From a bacterium (GTDB lineage: Bacteria; Zhuqueibacterota; Zhuqueibacteria; Residuimicrobiales; Krinioviventaceae), in contig CAXXMD010000003.1 of NCBI GenBank assembly GCA_963675755.2, positions 768,001-832,000 on the forward strand: a stretch of DNA of 64,000 nucleotides, written 5' to 3'. A program made the position numbers and the translations under genes. Position 1 is the first letter of the stretch. Each line of letters begins with the position of its first letter. Under the pieces are notes generated by a model that saw only the letters and a list, made by a program, of their open reading frames with translations, had not been told where the DNA came from and did no database searches. This document shows, one piece after another, positions 31,635 to 42,094 of the stretch.

Positions 31635-34124
31635 ATGAAAAAAAGGTCAATAACCATTTTGGTCTATTGTGTTTTATTTACTGCAAATTATGTCTTTGCA
31701 GGAATTTCAGGAACACTGGCAGGTAAAGTTCTTGACAAAAGTACAGGCAATCCGTTACCAGGCGCCAATGTGATCATCGTGAACAGCCACTTTGGCTCTG
31801 CTTCAAATGAAAAAGGACAGTTTCTGGTTAACAATATTCCTGCAGGTACGTTTACAGTCAAGGCCACAATGATGGGTTACAATACCTTGATCATTGAAAA
31901 AGTAACAATCCTGATGGATCTTCGGACCTCGTTGACAATAGAATTAGAACCCAAAGTTCTGGAAGGGCAGGAAGTAACAGTTACAGCAGATGCTTCCATG
32001 ATCAAAAAAGATGTGACTGCAACAACCCACTTTATCAACAGACAGGAAATCACCCACCTGCCTGTTCAATCCTTTACCGAAGTGGTTGATATTCAACCCG
32101 GTGTTGCAGCGGGACACATTCGCGGTGGTCGTCAGGAAGAAGTACTATATCTTGTAGACGGATTCCCAATTCAGGATGTAATTGAAGGCAAAGTTGGCAA
32201 CGAACTGCCCATGAATTCAATCATTGACATGACCGTTCAAACAGGCGGATTCAATGCAGAATATGGTAATGCCATGTCTGGTGTTGTAAATATCCTGACT
32301 CAGGATGGTGGTGAAGATATTAATTCTGTTCTGGAATTCTCTGGCCTCAATTACGCATCTTTTAGTAATCCCTATATTGATAAAAGTCCGGATATGGATT
32401 ATATCACTGAAATGTTTATGGGTGGCCCCCTTTTCACTCAGAAGCTAAAATTTTACGTGGCAGCAGACTTTAGAACACCCAATACACGCTGGAAACGTGA
32501 AGAGTTTGGCCAGAAACTGAGCATTTACAACAGTGAATCCAGTAAAAATATGAACTTTAATGCAAAGCTTTCTTATTATATTTCAAATTCATTTAAAATC
32601 AAATTACAGGGGCTCTTGTCTCTTTGGGACTGGAATGAATATGTCCATAACTGGAAAATGAATCTGGAAGGATTGCCAGACCGTTCCAAAAAAAGCTATC
32701 GATTCAGTGCAACTGCAGTGCATACTATAAATCCCAAAACATTTTGGGAATTACGTATAAGTCAGTATAATGTTTTAAAGTCAATTTATGGAGCATCATC
32801 CATAGAGTTGTATAACCCGGAATTCGACGAAACCGGTCATTGGATTGTTGCCGGTGATTATCCTTGGTGGCTTGACCATCAGGAAGTACATACCACCGGT
32901 AAATTTGATTTTACATCTCAGGTTACTCACCATCATCAATTAAAAACCGGTGTTGAATACGTATATTATGATCTGTATAAAAAGAATGTTCAACGTCTCG
33001 AGATTTTGACATATGATCCCGATTTTCCGCAATACATTTCTTATAACACAGATTACAGGTATTTCCCAACCCGAGGTGCCGCGTATATCCAGGACAAAAT
33101 CGATTATGAAGGCATGGTTGTTAATGTGGGCCTTCGTTACGATTTTCTGGATCCCAAAGCTTCTCGTCCCGCGATTGAAGAAAAAATCTATGGCAAACGG
33201 CACGAGTGGATAGTAAATCACGACCAGACAGTTGATGCTGATATTAAACATCAAATCAGCCCCAGAGTAGGACTCGCCATTCCAATGGGTCCCAAACAGG
33301 AATTGCATGTCAACTATGGATGGTTCTTTCAAATGCCGTTGTTCGACTATTTGTATACAAACGCAAACCTGAATCTGTCTGAAGGGTTCTCTCCATTGGG
33401 CGATCCTGACCTGGAACCGGCAAAAACCATCTCTTATGAAATCAGTTATAAAAACCAGATTGGAAACAAAACACTGTTCGACTTTACCGTTTTTAATAAA
33501 GAAATTAGCAACCTCGTAGACAATAACACTTATTTAAACGAATCAGACAATTCATTATCCGGCTCAGGTTACACCCAATATGTGAACCTTGAAAATGTAA
33601 ATGTCTGGGGTAGTGAAGTCTTTTTAAAGCGAGATGTTAGTCAATTCTTGTCCGGTAAAATCAGCTATACATTCATGACAGCCAAAGGAACTGGTTCAGA
33701 AACCACTCAAAAATTCAGCTGGATCACCCGTCAAACGCTGGTTCCCATCAACGAGTACTATCTGAGTTGGGACCAACGCCATACGCTGGTTACAAATATC
33801 GATATTCGAAAACCAAACAATTGGGGTATCAATATCCTTTGGCGCTGGAACAGCCCCTTGCCATATACCAAAAACGAGGGTGCGGCAACAGAACCAAACA
33901 ATTCCCGAATGGATGAAAACATAACCCTCGATTTACGAATGAATAAAGAATTTAATCTGCTGGGCATACCCTGTTCTGCATTTGGAGAATTTTTGAACCT
34001 ATTGGACAGAGAAAATACCCTATGGTACGATTCGAATGGATTGGCTGGTGGTATTTATGGTGATCCGGGTGCATATGATATGCGGTTCAGATACAGAGTC
34101 GGTATAAATATGAATCTATTTTAG
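31635..34124 (+). CDS. TonB-dependent receptor
   Basis: Signal peptide; N-terminal carboxypeptidase-regulatory-like domain (GKVLD..PLPGANV); plug HIRGGR..GGFNAEYGNAMSGVVNI; barrel GLRYD, SPRVG; C-terminal Phe. Confidence 0.92.
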   Translation: MKKRSITILVYCVLFTANYVFAGISGTLAGKVLDKSTGNPLPGANVIIVNSHFGSASNEKGQFLVNNIPAGTFTVKATMMGYNTLIIEKVTILMDLRTSLTIELEPKVLEGQEVTVTADASMIKKDVTATTHFINRQEITHLPVQSFTEVVDIQPGVAAGHIRGGRQEEVLYLVDGFPIQDVIEGKVGNELPMNSIIDMTVQTGGFNAEYGNAMSGVVNILTQDGGEDINSVLEFSGLNYASFSNPYIDKSPDMDYITEMFMGGPLFTQKLKFYVAADFRTPNTRWKREEFGQKLSIYNSESSKNMNFNAKLSYYISNSFKIKLQGLLSLWDWNEYVHNWKMNLEGLPDRSKKSYRFSATAVHTINPKTFWELRISQYNVLKSIYGASSIELYNPEFDETGHWIVAGDYPWWLDHQEVHTTGKFDFTSQVTHHHQLKTGVEYVYYDLYKKNVQRLEILTYDPDFPQYISYNTDYRYFPTRGAAYIQDKIDYEGMVVNVGLRYDFLDPKASRPAIEEKIYGKRHEWIVNHDQTVDADIKHQISPRVGLAIPMGPKQELHVNYGWFFQMPLFDYLYTNANLNLSEGFSPLGDPDLEPAKTISYEISYKNQIGNKTLFDFTVFNKEISNLVDNNTYLNESDNSLSGSGYTQYVNLENVNVWGSEVFLKRDVSQFLSGKISYTFMTAKGTGSETTQKFSWITRQTLVPINEYYLSWDQRHTLVTNIDIRKPNNWGINILWRWNSPLPYTKNEGAATEPNNSRMDENITLDLRMNKEFNLLGIPCSAFGEFLNLLDRENTLWYDSNGLAGGIYGDPGAYDMRFRYRVGINMNLF

Positions 34125-34154
34125 ATCTCATAAATTTTTTGGAGCTTGAAAATC

Positions 34155-35213
34155 ATGCTCAAATATTATAAATACATCCTGATCATTGTCCTGTTATTTC
34201 TGACAAACTGTTGGAACAAACAGGACAATGATATTAATGGGCCGAATGTTCCCAAATATACCTTGTCGGGTCAAACCATAGAGTATAACACCAATGATAT
34301 TTTACCCAAGACACAAATCAAGGTCACTGCGGTAGAATTACTTTATGATGCAGAGTTTAATTCTAAAACTGTTGAATCTGACAGTAATGGTATCTTTACA
34401 GTTTCCGGTTTAATTCCCGGCAGCTACCTGTTCTCTGTAAATTCCAATAGTATATGGTTAGAAAGCGAACGCCTAAGTATAGAACATGAAGACAGAGTTA
34501 TGGATATAAGAGTGCCGCATATCATATTTGGCAATGTTCATCCACACGTTATCCATGATGATTTTGACCCGACTGGCAAATATTTAAATTCGTCCCGTTT
34601 TGTCATGGTCAATTCAGAATACCCTGCATTTTACATATCAGGTAATGCAAGTACATTTGCATCCAATAAATTTGAATCATTCGGAGCATCTAGCGTTGGT
34701 TATTATTTTTGCAAAACGTCTCTTGATAATAATACTACAACCTTTTATTCAGCTCAACCGAGTACCGCAAATCTGGATGATATTTACCAATTAACAGTTG
34801 ATAACAATAACATTTATGCATTAAAAAAACCTGATACCTTGCTGGTAATTGACAAATGGCAATTTTATCTAAAGCAAGCAATACCGCTCGAGTATCCTCT
34901 ACAGGATATTATATTTGAGCCCTATAGTAAATCTTTACTCGCATGTAATGATTCAGTACTATTTCAAATTAACACAGAAACATTCGAAATGAACAAATTG
35001 ACTGATATGCCGATTAAAACATGTGGTGCATTAACTTTTCACAAAGAAATGTTTTATGTATATGATAATTCAACCCACCTTTATCATAAAATGCTTCCTA
35101 ATTTTAAAATTCAGGAAACATTTGCTATTGTTCATAAATTAAACAACAATCATATTACGGATGTATATGATATTCATTTCGATTCATATAATAATTTATG
35201 GTTAACTCAATGA
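34155..35213 (+). CDS. Putative lipoprotein (Ig-like domain + probable beta-propeller), paralog 1 of 4
   Basis: Hydrophobic leader then CWNKQ; DSNGIFTVSGLIPGSY; C-terminal DIHFDSYNNLW. Confidence 0.75.
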   Translation: MLKYYKYILIIVLLFLTNCWNKQDNDINGPNVPKYTLSGQTIEYNTNDILPKTQIKVTAVELLYDAEFNSKTVESDSNGIFTVSGLIPGSYLFSVNSNSIWLESERLSIEHEDRVMDIRVPHIIFGNVHPHVIHDDFDPTGKYLNSSRFVMVNSEYPAFYISGNASTFASNKFESFGASSVGYYFCKTSLDNNTTTFYSAQPSTANLDDIYQLTVDNNNIYALKKPDTLLVIDKWQFYLKQAIPLEYPLQDIIFEPYSKSLLACNDSVLFQINTETFEMNKLTDMPIKTCGALTFHKEMFYVYDNSTHLYHKMLPNFKIQETFAIVHKLNNNHITDVYDIHFDSYNNLWLTQ

Positions 35214-36208
35214 AGTCAAAAGTTGTAATTCTCATTCTTGTATCATTATTTTTTCTATTAAACTGCTGGAGTCCTCAGGACAACGAAATTACAAAACCGG
35301 TGATTCCATTCTATACTTTTAATGGCCAGGTTGTAGACATGGATACCTATGAAATATTACCAGGTACTCAGGTTAAACTGGTAGAAAATGAAATGCTTTA
35401 TGAGGTTGAATTTGGAACACAGATCGTCACAGCAGATAGTACGGGTATGTTTCAGTTCGATTCGGTTTATCCCGGTAAATATTTATTAAGCGTTGAAAGA
35501 GATGGTTTTTTCATCAATGAAACCAAATTTCAGGTAGAACACGCCGATACCAGCACAGCACTCGAAGTCCCCCAACTCTATTTTGTTCAGGAATTTTTGC
35601 ATAGTTATTCTAAAAGTCCGGCGTTTTCCTGTAGCGGCTCAACCGCGTTAGTAAACATTTATTGGCGCGCTGGTAATACCGCTCCGTTTATCAATTCAGA
35701 CATGTTTGCAGAATATAAATATGAAAACAGAAGTTGGTTTAACGAAAGTAAATTCGTTTCACCCTATAATCCTCGCTTGCTATCGTCAATGACCTACATT
35801 CGGGATGGATTAATAATATGCATGAACACGGATACATTATATCAGATGAATCGCTGGGACGGCACAAAAGCGGGGCAATTTCATATCGATCATATTGCAC
35901 GGGGTGTCGCATTTCATATTATTAATCAATGTATTTATACCTGTTCAGGTGGCAAGCTGTACAAGCACAATTCAGATGATTTTACAATCACAGATGCGGT
36001 TTATTCACCCGGTCAAAATAATTATATTGCACTGGCATATTACAAAAACCTTTACGCTTTTGATAATGACAAGGCAATTCTTGAAAAATTTGACTCTGAT
36101 ACAAACATAACAAACCATTATGCCATGATGACAGATTCCGGCGTACAAATCACAGACCTGTTTGACATGAGTTTTGATGGTTATGGGAATTTACTGTTTA
36201 CGAGATAA
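35210..36208 (+). CDS. Putative lipoprotein, paralog 2 of 4
   Basis: ATGA overlap with paralog 1; LLNCWSPQ; ADSTGMFQFDSVYPG; DMSFDGYGNL. Confidence 0.78.
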   Translation: MKSKVVILILVSLFFLLNCWSPQDNEITKPVIPFYTFNGQVVDMDTYEILPGTQVKLVENEMLYEVEFGTQIVTADSTGMFQFDSVYPGKYLLSVERDGFFINETKFQVEHADTSTALEVPQLYFVQEFLHSYSKSPAFSCSGSTALVNIYWRAGNTAPFINSDMFAEYKYENRSWFNESKFVSPYNPRLLSSMTYIRDGLIICMNTDTLYQMNRWDGTKAGQFHIDHIARGVAFHIINQCIYTCSGGKLYKHNSDDFTITDAVYSPGQNNYIALAYYKNLYAFDNDKAILEKFDSDTNITNHYAMMTDSGVQITDLFDMSFDGYGNLLFTR

Positions 36209-36267
36209 GGTCTTTATATGATTTAGTAATTTTCAAAATTGTGGGGTACTAATAAAGGGGTGGCTGA

Positions 36268-37281
36268 ATGTACAAACAACGGATTTTCCTATTGATTCTC
36301 TCGTGTTTTCTGCTTGTTCACTGCTGGAACAAGCAGAAGCATGATATCACACGCCCATTAATTCCTACGTATATTTTAGACGGTCATGCTGTCGACATGG
36401 ATACATTTGAACCCATGCCAAATGCTCAAATCAAACTCGATGAAATAGATTTGCTGTATGAAGTCAAATTTGGTACGCAAATAATTACAGCAGATAGTAC
36501 GGGGTATTTCAAATTTGATTCAGTGTACCCCGGTGATTACTATTTAAGCATGGAGCGGGACGGTTACTTTATTAAAAAAAGCAAAATTTCTTATCCTCAT
36601 AGCGATACTACGCTAACGTTAGAAATACCCCATGTGTTTATTGCCAAGAATTTTCCTCAATCTAGTGCTACCAATCAAGCCATTGCAATTGTGGGTACCG
36701 AATGTTGGAATACCAGTTGGGGATTTAGAGAATTTCTAATGGATGGAACAAAAATTTTTCAAGATTATTTTAGAATTACAATGCTGGCAATGAAAAGTAA
36801 ATGGGTGTCTGATCATATTTTTTACACCTCTCTTACGCAACAAAAATTAACAGGGATGGCATTTTCCCGTGATGGCATTTACGCTTGCGTCAACCAGGAT
36901 TCTTTATTTATGATAGACCGTGAAGATGGAAATTTCAGTAAAAAAATAAAAGTTGATGTCAATGTTAAAGGTGTTGCAATGCATATTGGGAGAAAAACAT
37001 TGTTCACCTGTTTTGAAAATCAGTTACATGAGCATGATTTAACAGACCCTACACAAATTTTAAATGAATTTAATACAGATTTTACCAATCTCAGGTCACT
37101 TGCATATTACAAAAAGTTGTATTCTTTTGATAACGAGTCTTATATATTAAGAGAGTATGATGAAAACATCAACCCTGTCAAAAGCTACAACATTGTTTTG
37201 GAACATACTCAAGACAATATTGAAAAAATATATGACATGTCATTTGACGGCTATGGCAGCTTGTGGGTTATTGTTCAATAA
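36268..37281 (+). CDS. Putative lipoprotein, paralog 3 of 4
   Basis: LVHCWNKQ; ADSTGYFKFDSVYPG; DMSFDGYGSLW. Confidence 0.8.
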   Translation: MYKQRIFLLILSCFLLVHCWNKQKHDITRPLIPTYILDGHAVDMDTFEPMPNAQIKLDEIDLLYEVKFGTQIITADSTGYFKFDSVYPGDYYLSMERDGYFIKKSKISYPHSDTTLTLEIPHVFIAKNFPQSSATNQAIAIVGTECWNTSWGFREFLMDGTKIFQDYFRITMLAMKSKWVSDHIFYTSLTQQKLTGMAFSRDGIYACVNQDSLFMIDREDGNFSKKIKVDVNVKGVAMHIGRKTLFTCFENQLHEHDLTDPTQILNEFNTDFTNLRSLAYYKKLYSFDNESYILREYDENINPVKSYNIVLEHTQDNIEKIYDMSFDGYGSLWVIVQ

Positions 37282-38319
37282 CATAAACTCTTTATAAAAA
37301 ATGGATAGATCATGCGTAGGATATTATTGATCATTTTATCAGTCTTTCTACTTGTTCACTGCTGGAACAAGCAGAAACATGATATCACACGGCCGTTAAT
37401 TCCATCATATGTTTTCGATGGTCATGCAGTGGATATGGATACATTTGAACCTATGCCAAACGCGCAAATCAAGCTTGATGAAATTCACATGTTGTATGAG
37501 GTGAAATTTGGCACGCAAATAATTACAGCGGACAGTACGGGGTATTTCAAATTTGATTCAGTGTACCCCGGTGATTACTATTTAAGCATGGAGCGTGACG
37601 GGTATTTTATCAAAAAAAGTAAAATTTCATATCCACATAGTGATACTACGCTTACGTTAGAAATACCCCATGTGTTTATTGCCAAGAGTTTTCCGCAATT
37701 CAGGGCAACAAATCAAGCAATTGCAATCATTGGTACTGAATGCTGGTCTATTAATTGGGGTTTAAAAGAAACACTTGAAGATGGAACATTGATTTTTCAA
37801 GATTTCTTTCATGTTTTCACACTTGCAATGAAAGAAAAATGGGTTGAAGACGAAATAATTTATCAACCACTAAAACATCTGGTAATTAGTGGAATGGCAT
37901 TCGCTCGAGATGGCATATATGCCTGTGTTAACAGAGATTCATTATACCTTATTAATAGAGGGGATGGAACTTTTTCCAACAAAATTAAAGTGGGTACAAA
38001 CGTAAAAGGAGTATCTCTTCATATTGGAAGAAAAACTTTGTTTACTTGTTTTGAAAATCAATTACATGAGCATGATTTAACTGACCCTACACAGATTTTA
38101 AATGAATATGAAACTGATTTTACCAATCTCAGGTCACTTGCTTATTACAGAAACTTGTATTCTTTTGATAACGAGTCTTATATTTTACGAGAGTATGATG
38201 AAAACATTAATCCTGTCAAAAGCTACAACATCGTTTTGGAGCATACGCAAAATAATATTGAAAAAATATATGACATGTCATTTGACGGCTATGGGAGCTT
38301 GTGGGTGATTGTTCAATAA
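36313..38319 (+). repeat. Tandem gene duplication, 1038-bp period
   Basis: cttgttcactgctggaacaagcagaa at 36313 and 37351; ttgtgggtNattgttcaataa at 37261 and 38299. Confidence 0.9.
37312..38319 (+). CDS. Putative lipoprotein, paralog 4 of 4
   Basis: Near-identical N- and C-terminal thirds to paralog 3. Confidence 0.8.
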   Translation: MRRILLIILSVFLLVHCWNKQKHDITRPLIPSYVFDGHAVDMDTFEPMPNAQIKLDEIHMLYEVKFGTQIITADSTGYFKFDSVYPGDYYLSMERDGYFIKKSKISYPHSDTTLTLEIPHVFIAKSFPQFRATNQAIAIIGTECWSINWGLKETLEDGTLIFQDFFHVFTLAMKEKWVEDEIIYQPLKHLVISGMAFARDGIYACVNRDSLYLINRGDGTFSNKIKVGTNVKGVSLHIGRKTLFTCFENQLHEHDLTDPTQILNEYETDFTNLRSLAYYRNLYSFDNESYILREYDENINPVKSYNIVLEHTQNNIEKIYDMSFDGYGSLWVIVQ

Positions 38320-38336
38320 TACAAACTGTATAAAAC

Positions 38337-38377
38337 AAAAAAAGGGCGCTGGTTTAAAACCGGCGCCCTTTTTTTTT
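38337..38377. terminator. Bidirectional intrinsic terminator between convergent units
   Basis: A7-GGGCGCTGGTTT-A-AAACCGGCGCCC-T9. Confidence 0.9.
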
Positions 38378-38393
38378 ATAATCAAATCAGTGA

Positions 38394-41300
38394 TTATTTC
38401 ATCAAGGTCATCTTTTTAACGCTTGTGAAATCACCGGTTTCGAGGCGATAGAAATAGATACCACTGGCTACTTTCATGCCGCGTGCATCCATTGCATCCC
38501 ACTGTACATTATGATTACCAGCAGAAACTGTACCGTTAACCAAAGTTCTGATCTTTTGACCATTTGTTCCAAATACTTCCAATTTAACATGGGTAGTATT
38601 GGGCAATTGGTAAGAAATAGAAGTTGTCGGGTTGAACGGGTTAGGATAGTTCTGGTTCAGAGCAAATGAAGTAGGAATTGTTTCTTCTTCAACAGCATTT
38701 GGATTGAAATTGTCCCATGAAGGAGCATAAGCCATTCCAATAACTTCAGAAACATTACCATTCCAGTCAATTGCAACGATACCAAAAGTCTGGCCGTAAT
38801 CAGTATAAACAAATTCTACAGCGGTATAATACTCTGTTTCACCAGGAGCTGAAGGAGTGGGAAGACCAGTCAATATTTGAGCAGATTCCCAATCAGTAAA
38901 CTCGTCGCCCAAAGAATCATAAGCAACGCGGATCTGATAACCCCAAACAGGACCACCAGCGATAACACCGTCATCACCAGGAGCTGTCCATGACAGAGTA
39001 ACATTTTCTTCAGTAACATCAACTACTGTAAGGTCAACAACGTCACCAGGAAGAATGTCATCAGCATGTGCTGGATTAGACATTTCAGAAACATTACCAA
39101 CTTCGTCAGTAGTTTTAATTGCAAAGTATACGTCAAAATAGTAATCTTGCAAACGATCTACAGGTACAGTCAAAGACTGTTCTGTGCCGGCAGCAGCAAC
39201 TTCGGGAACTTCATCGAGAGCCATTGCATCATCCCATGTTGCAGGGGTAATAGGCATATAAGCATAACGGATCTCGTAAGATGTTCCTTCTTCAGGAGCA
39301 GTTTCAACCGGTGCAGTCCAGGTCAACAGTTTTGCAGTTTCGCCATCAACGTCAGCAGCATGCAAATCAGTGATCTGAGTAGGAGCAGTAACGTCTGCAG
39401 GGGTTAATTCAACAGATTCTGAAACAGCAGATTCATTGTCATTAAAATCTGTACTGGTAACCCAGAAATACAGGGTTTCACCATTGGTCAAACCATCAAT
39501 AGTAGCCATAGAATCAGATACTTCAGCAACAACCTCAGCTACAGCAACATCATTAGTGTCGGCAGCCAATACAGAGTAATAAGAAGCAGTTTCAAGGCCA
39601 GACCAGGTCAAACCAACTTGCATATCACCAGCAACACCTACAAAATTCACAGGAGTACCAGGATCTGTCATATCTACACCAGTGCTTGAATAAACAGAAA
39701 GATCATCAACGGTGAAATATAAATATCCGCCAGCTGCTGCAAGCTGGGCATTAGTCTTGTATGTAAAACCAACATGTACAGCTGCTTGACCGTCAGCTAA
39801 AGCTGAAATGTCATAAATAAAAGTGCCTCTTCTTTCAGCAACAGGTGTTGCTTCTGTAAAGACCTTAAAGTCCTGGAAAGTAGCACCACCATCAGTGGAT
39901 ATAATAATTTTAGCTTCAAAAGGATCAGCAACACTACCACTAATATGATGTTCCAATTTTAACGCAACATCTGTCATTTCTGAACAGTCCAATACTGGTG
40001 TAACAATCTGTTCATCAAAAGACAGGTCATCATTATATTTGAGGACCCAGAGTTCATTATCACCTCTGCCAAAGGAATCGCCAATATACCATGAATCATC
40101 TTGGCCAAGTACACCTTCATAACCCCAGTTAGCATACAGTTCGTCATCAGTTATGGTGTTAAAATTTTCAGCAATTGCAGGAGCTTCACCATAAACATGG
40201 AAATCAATAACCAATGAATCATCTTCTGCAACATCATCACCACCATAGATATCAGTATAAGCGATCAAAGTATAATCACCCTGATATTCTGGTGTCCAGT
40301 CTGCAAAATTGTAAAAATCCATACCTTCATTGAATTCTTGTTGTCCTGGGTACATTTTAAGGGTATCACCCTGTGCAGGAGCATAAGTATAAAGGTAACG
40401 TTCGTAAACAGTAGAACCAAAATTATTTACGATTTTTACAAAAGTATTGTAAATAGTAATATCACTTAGGCCAAAATTAGAAACAACAACCTGAGGATCA
40501 TAGGTTTCACCAACTGTGATAAATCCATTTTTAGAAAAAGTAGAATCAAGGTCTACAAAACTTACACCAATATCTGTTGCAAAACGGGTGTAAACTTCAA
40601 AAGAAGCATTGTAAACTTCAAAACCCCAGTTAGGATCACCACTGGTACCTTCATCATTGTCATCATAAATTGCGCGGAAACGAATTCCCAAAGAATCTCC
40701 GGGAGCGCCAATAACATTTTCAGTAATATTTAAAGCGGTAGTAATAGATTCAGATCCGTATCCTGACCAACCGGCAATACCTTCCCATGGGCCGGCTTCG
40801 CCTTGACCCAAACGGAGAGCTTCCATATCGCCAGCTTCAGAACCGTCATTGATGAACAAAGAACCGGTTCCATCAGAAACATCAATGTTATCTACAAACC
40901 AACCAAAAGTTTCACCAGTGTTTCCATCTTGAGCACTGTAACCACCATCACTGGCAAATGCCCAGCGAACCTGAACCATTCCACCAACATAAGCTGAAAG
41001 GTCAACAGTTACGGTTTCATAGTCATGAATTTCGCCGGCAAAACCAGCAGGATCTTCAGCAGTAATACCTTGTTGTTCAAAAGCACTAACCATGTCAGGG
41101 TAACCGCCTTCAGGTGTTAAAAGGGTCCATTCTGCATCTTCTGCAGTACGTGCCCAAAGGTTACCACCATCCCAGTTACCACTTTCCATACCATATATTT
41201 GGTCATATGTTAATGTTACTGCACCAGAAGCAGCAGTCAGATCAAGGAAAGGAGTGCGCAAATCTTCACGCCACCAGTTACCATAACCAGGAGCAGCATA

Positions 41301-42005
41301 CTGATTACTGGTCATCTGCCATTCGCCATCAGCCAAATGCCATTTTGGACTTTCTTTAATTTCTATCCAAAATTCATCATCAGCATCAGGTTCAGCAAGA
41401 TACATGTCCAAAACTAAATTACTAACACGGTAAGGATCACCAAGTTCACTTGTAGTTGGAACGCCTACCATAATTTCAATAGCTTCGTCTTTGGCTGCTA
41501 CAGTACCACCAAAATCGCCGCCTGGTTCAGGAGCAATTGCAGAATTGTAATATTCATATTGTGCAGGGTAGCCCATAACATTGATATAATCAAGCCACAT
41601 CCAATCATTACCGGCACCATCTTCACTCAAGTCAACTTTGGTAAATTCTTCAAAATCTTTGAGTGAATCAAAATGCGCAACATAAACAGGATAAATATCA
41701 CCACCACCTGGAACTTCATCTAATAAAGGCATAAATACCGCATTATCAGAATTCAGGCTGTTGCGAATGAGGTTATTTTTAATTATTTCTTGTTTTGACA
41801 ATGTTGCATTCAAGGCTTCTTTTTTAGCCTTCATGATGGCTTCTTTGGAAGAACCATCAATTGTCTTAACACTAAAATAGCCATTTTTTTGACTATTCAC
41901 CTTTACCTTTGTATCGGTGTTGGAAATTTTTGCAAATGACATTGTTGTAAACGTTAACAACAATACCAAAGATAAAAACAGCACAACCAATTTATTTTTT
42001 GTCAT
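38394..42005 (-). CDS. Large secreted protein: MAM-like jelly-roll domains, three FN3 domains, FlgD/T9SS-A-like tail; no catalytic motif seen
   Basis: Signal peptide; WDGGN..VRWAFASD..GWFVDNI; LTWTAP/LSWTAP FN3 repeats; QNYPNPFNP. Confidence 0.82.
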   Translation of the reverse strand: MTKNKLVVLFLSLVLLLTFTTMSFAKISNTDTKVKVNSQKNGYFSVKTIDGSSKEAIMKAKKEALNATLSKQEIIKNNLIRNSLNSDNAVFMPLLDEVPGGGDIYPVYVAHFDSLKDFEEFTKVDLSEDGAGNDWMWLDYINVMGYPAQYEYYNSAIAPEPGGDFGGTVAAKDEAIEIMVGVPTTSELGDPYRVSNLVLDMYLAEPDADDEFWIEIKESPKWHLADGEWQMTSNQYAAPGYGNWWREDLRTPFLDLTAASGAVTLTYDQIYGMESGNWDGGNLWARTAEDAEWTLLTPEGGYPDMVSAFEQQGITAEDPAGFAGEIHDYETVTVDLSAYVGGMVQVRWAFASDGGYSAQDGNTGETFGWFVDNIDVSDGTGSLFINDGSEAGDMEALRLGQGEAGPWEGIAGWSGYGSESITTALNITENVIGAPGDSLGIRFRAIYDDNDEGTSGDPNWGFEVYNASFEVYTRFATDIGVSFVDLDSTFSKNGFITVGETYDPQVVVSNFGLSDITIYNTFVKIVNNFGSTVYERYLYTYAPAQGDTLKMYPGQQEFNEGMDFYNFADWTPEYQGDYTLIAYTDIYGGDDVAEDDSLVIDFHVYGEAPAIAENFNTITDDELYANWGYEGVLGQDDSWYIGDSFGRGDNELWVLKYNDDLSFDEQIVTPVLDCSEMTDVALKLEHHISGSVADPFEAKIIISTDGGATFQDFKVFTEATPVAERRGTFIYDISALADGQAAVHVGFTYKTNAQLAAAGGYLYFTVDDLSVYSSTGVDMTDPGTPVNFVGVAGDMQVGLTWSGLETASYYSVLAADTNDVAVAEVVAEVSDSMATIDGLTNGETLYFWVTSTDFNDNESAVSESVELTPADVTAPTQITDLHAADVDGETAKLLTWTAPVETAPEEGTSYEIRYAYMPITPATWDDAMALDEVPEVAAAGTEQSLTVPVDRLQDYYFDVYFAIKTTDEVGNVSEMSNPAHADDILPGDVVDLTVVDVTEENVTLSWTAPGDDGVIAGGPVWGYQIRVAYDSLGDEFTDWESAQILTGLPTPSAPGETEYYTAVEFVYTDYGQTFGIVAIDWNGNVSEVIGMAYAPSWDNFNPNAVEEETIPTSFALNQNYPNPFNPTTSISYQLPNTTHVKLEVFGTNGQKIRTLVNGTVSAGNHNVQWDAMDARGMKVASGIYFYRLETGDFTSVKKMTLMK

Positions 42006-42059
42006 ATTGTTCTCCTTGTGAATACAATTTGTTCAGTTTTTTTTAAAGGAGAGAAAACA

Positions 42060-42084
42060 GGGCGATACATGTCTTGTATCGCCC
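42060..42084 (-). terminator. Intergenic stem-loop (weak terminator or 3' stabiliser)
   Basis: Perfect 10-bp stem GGGCGATACA-5nt-TGTATCGCCC, interrupted U-tract TGTTTT. Confidence 0.65.
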
Positions 42085-42094
42085 CATGAATAAT

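Noticed and set aside
36268-38319. Diversity-generating retroelement (TR/VR) explanation for the duplicated lipoproteins
   Set aside because: Differences are not adenine-specific, both copies are full-length genes, and there is no reverse transcriptase in the window
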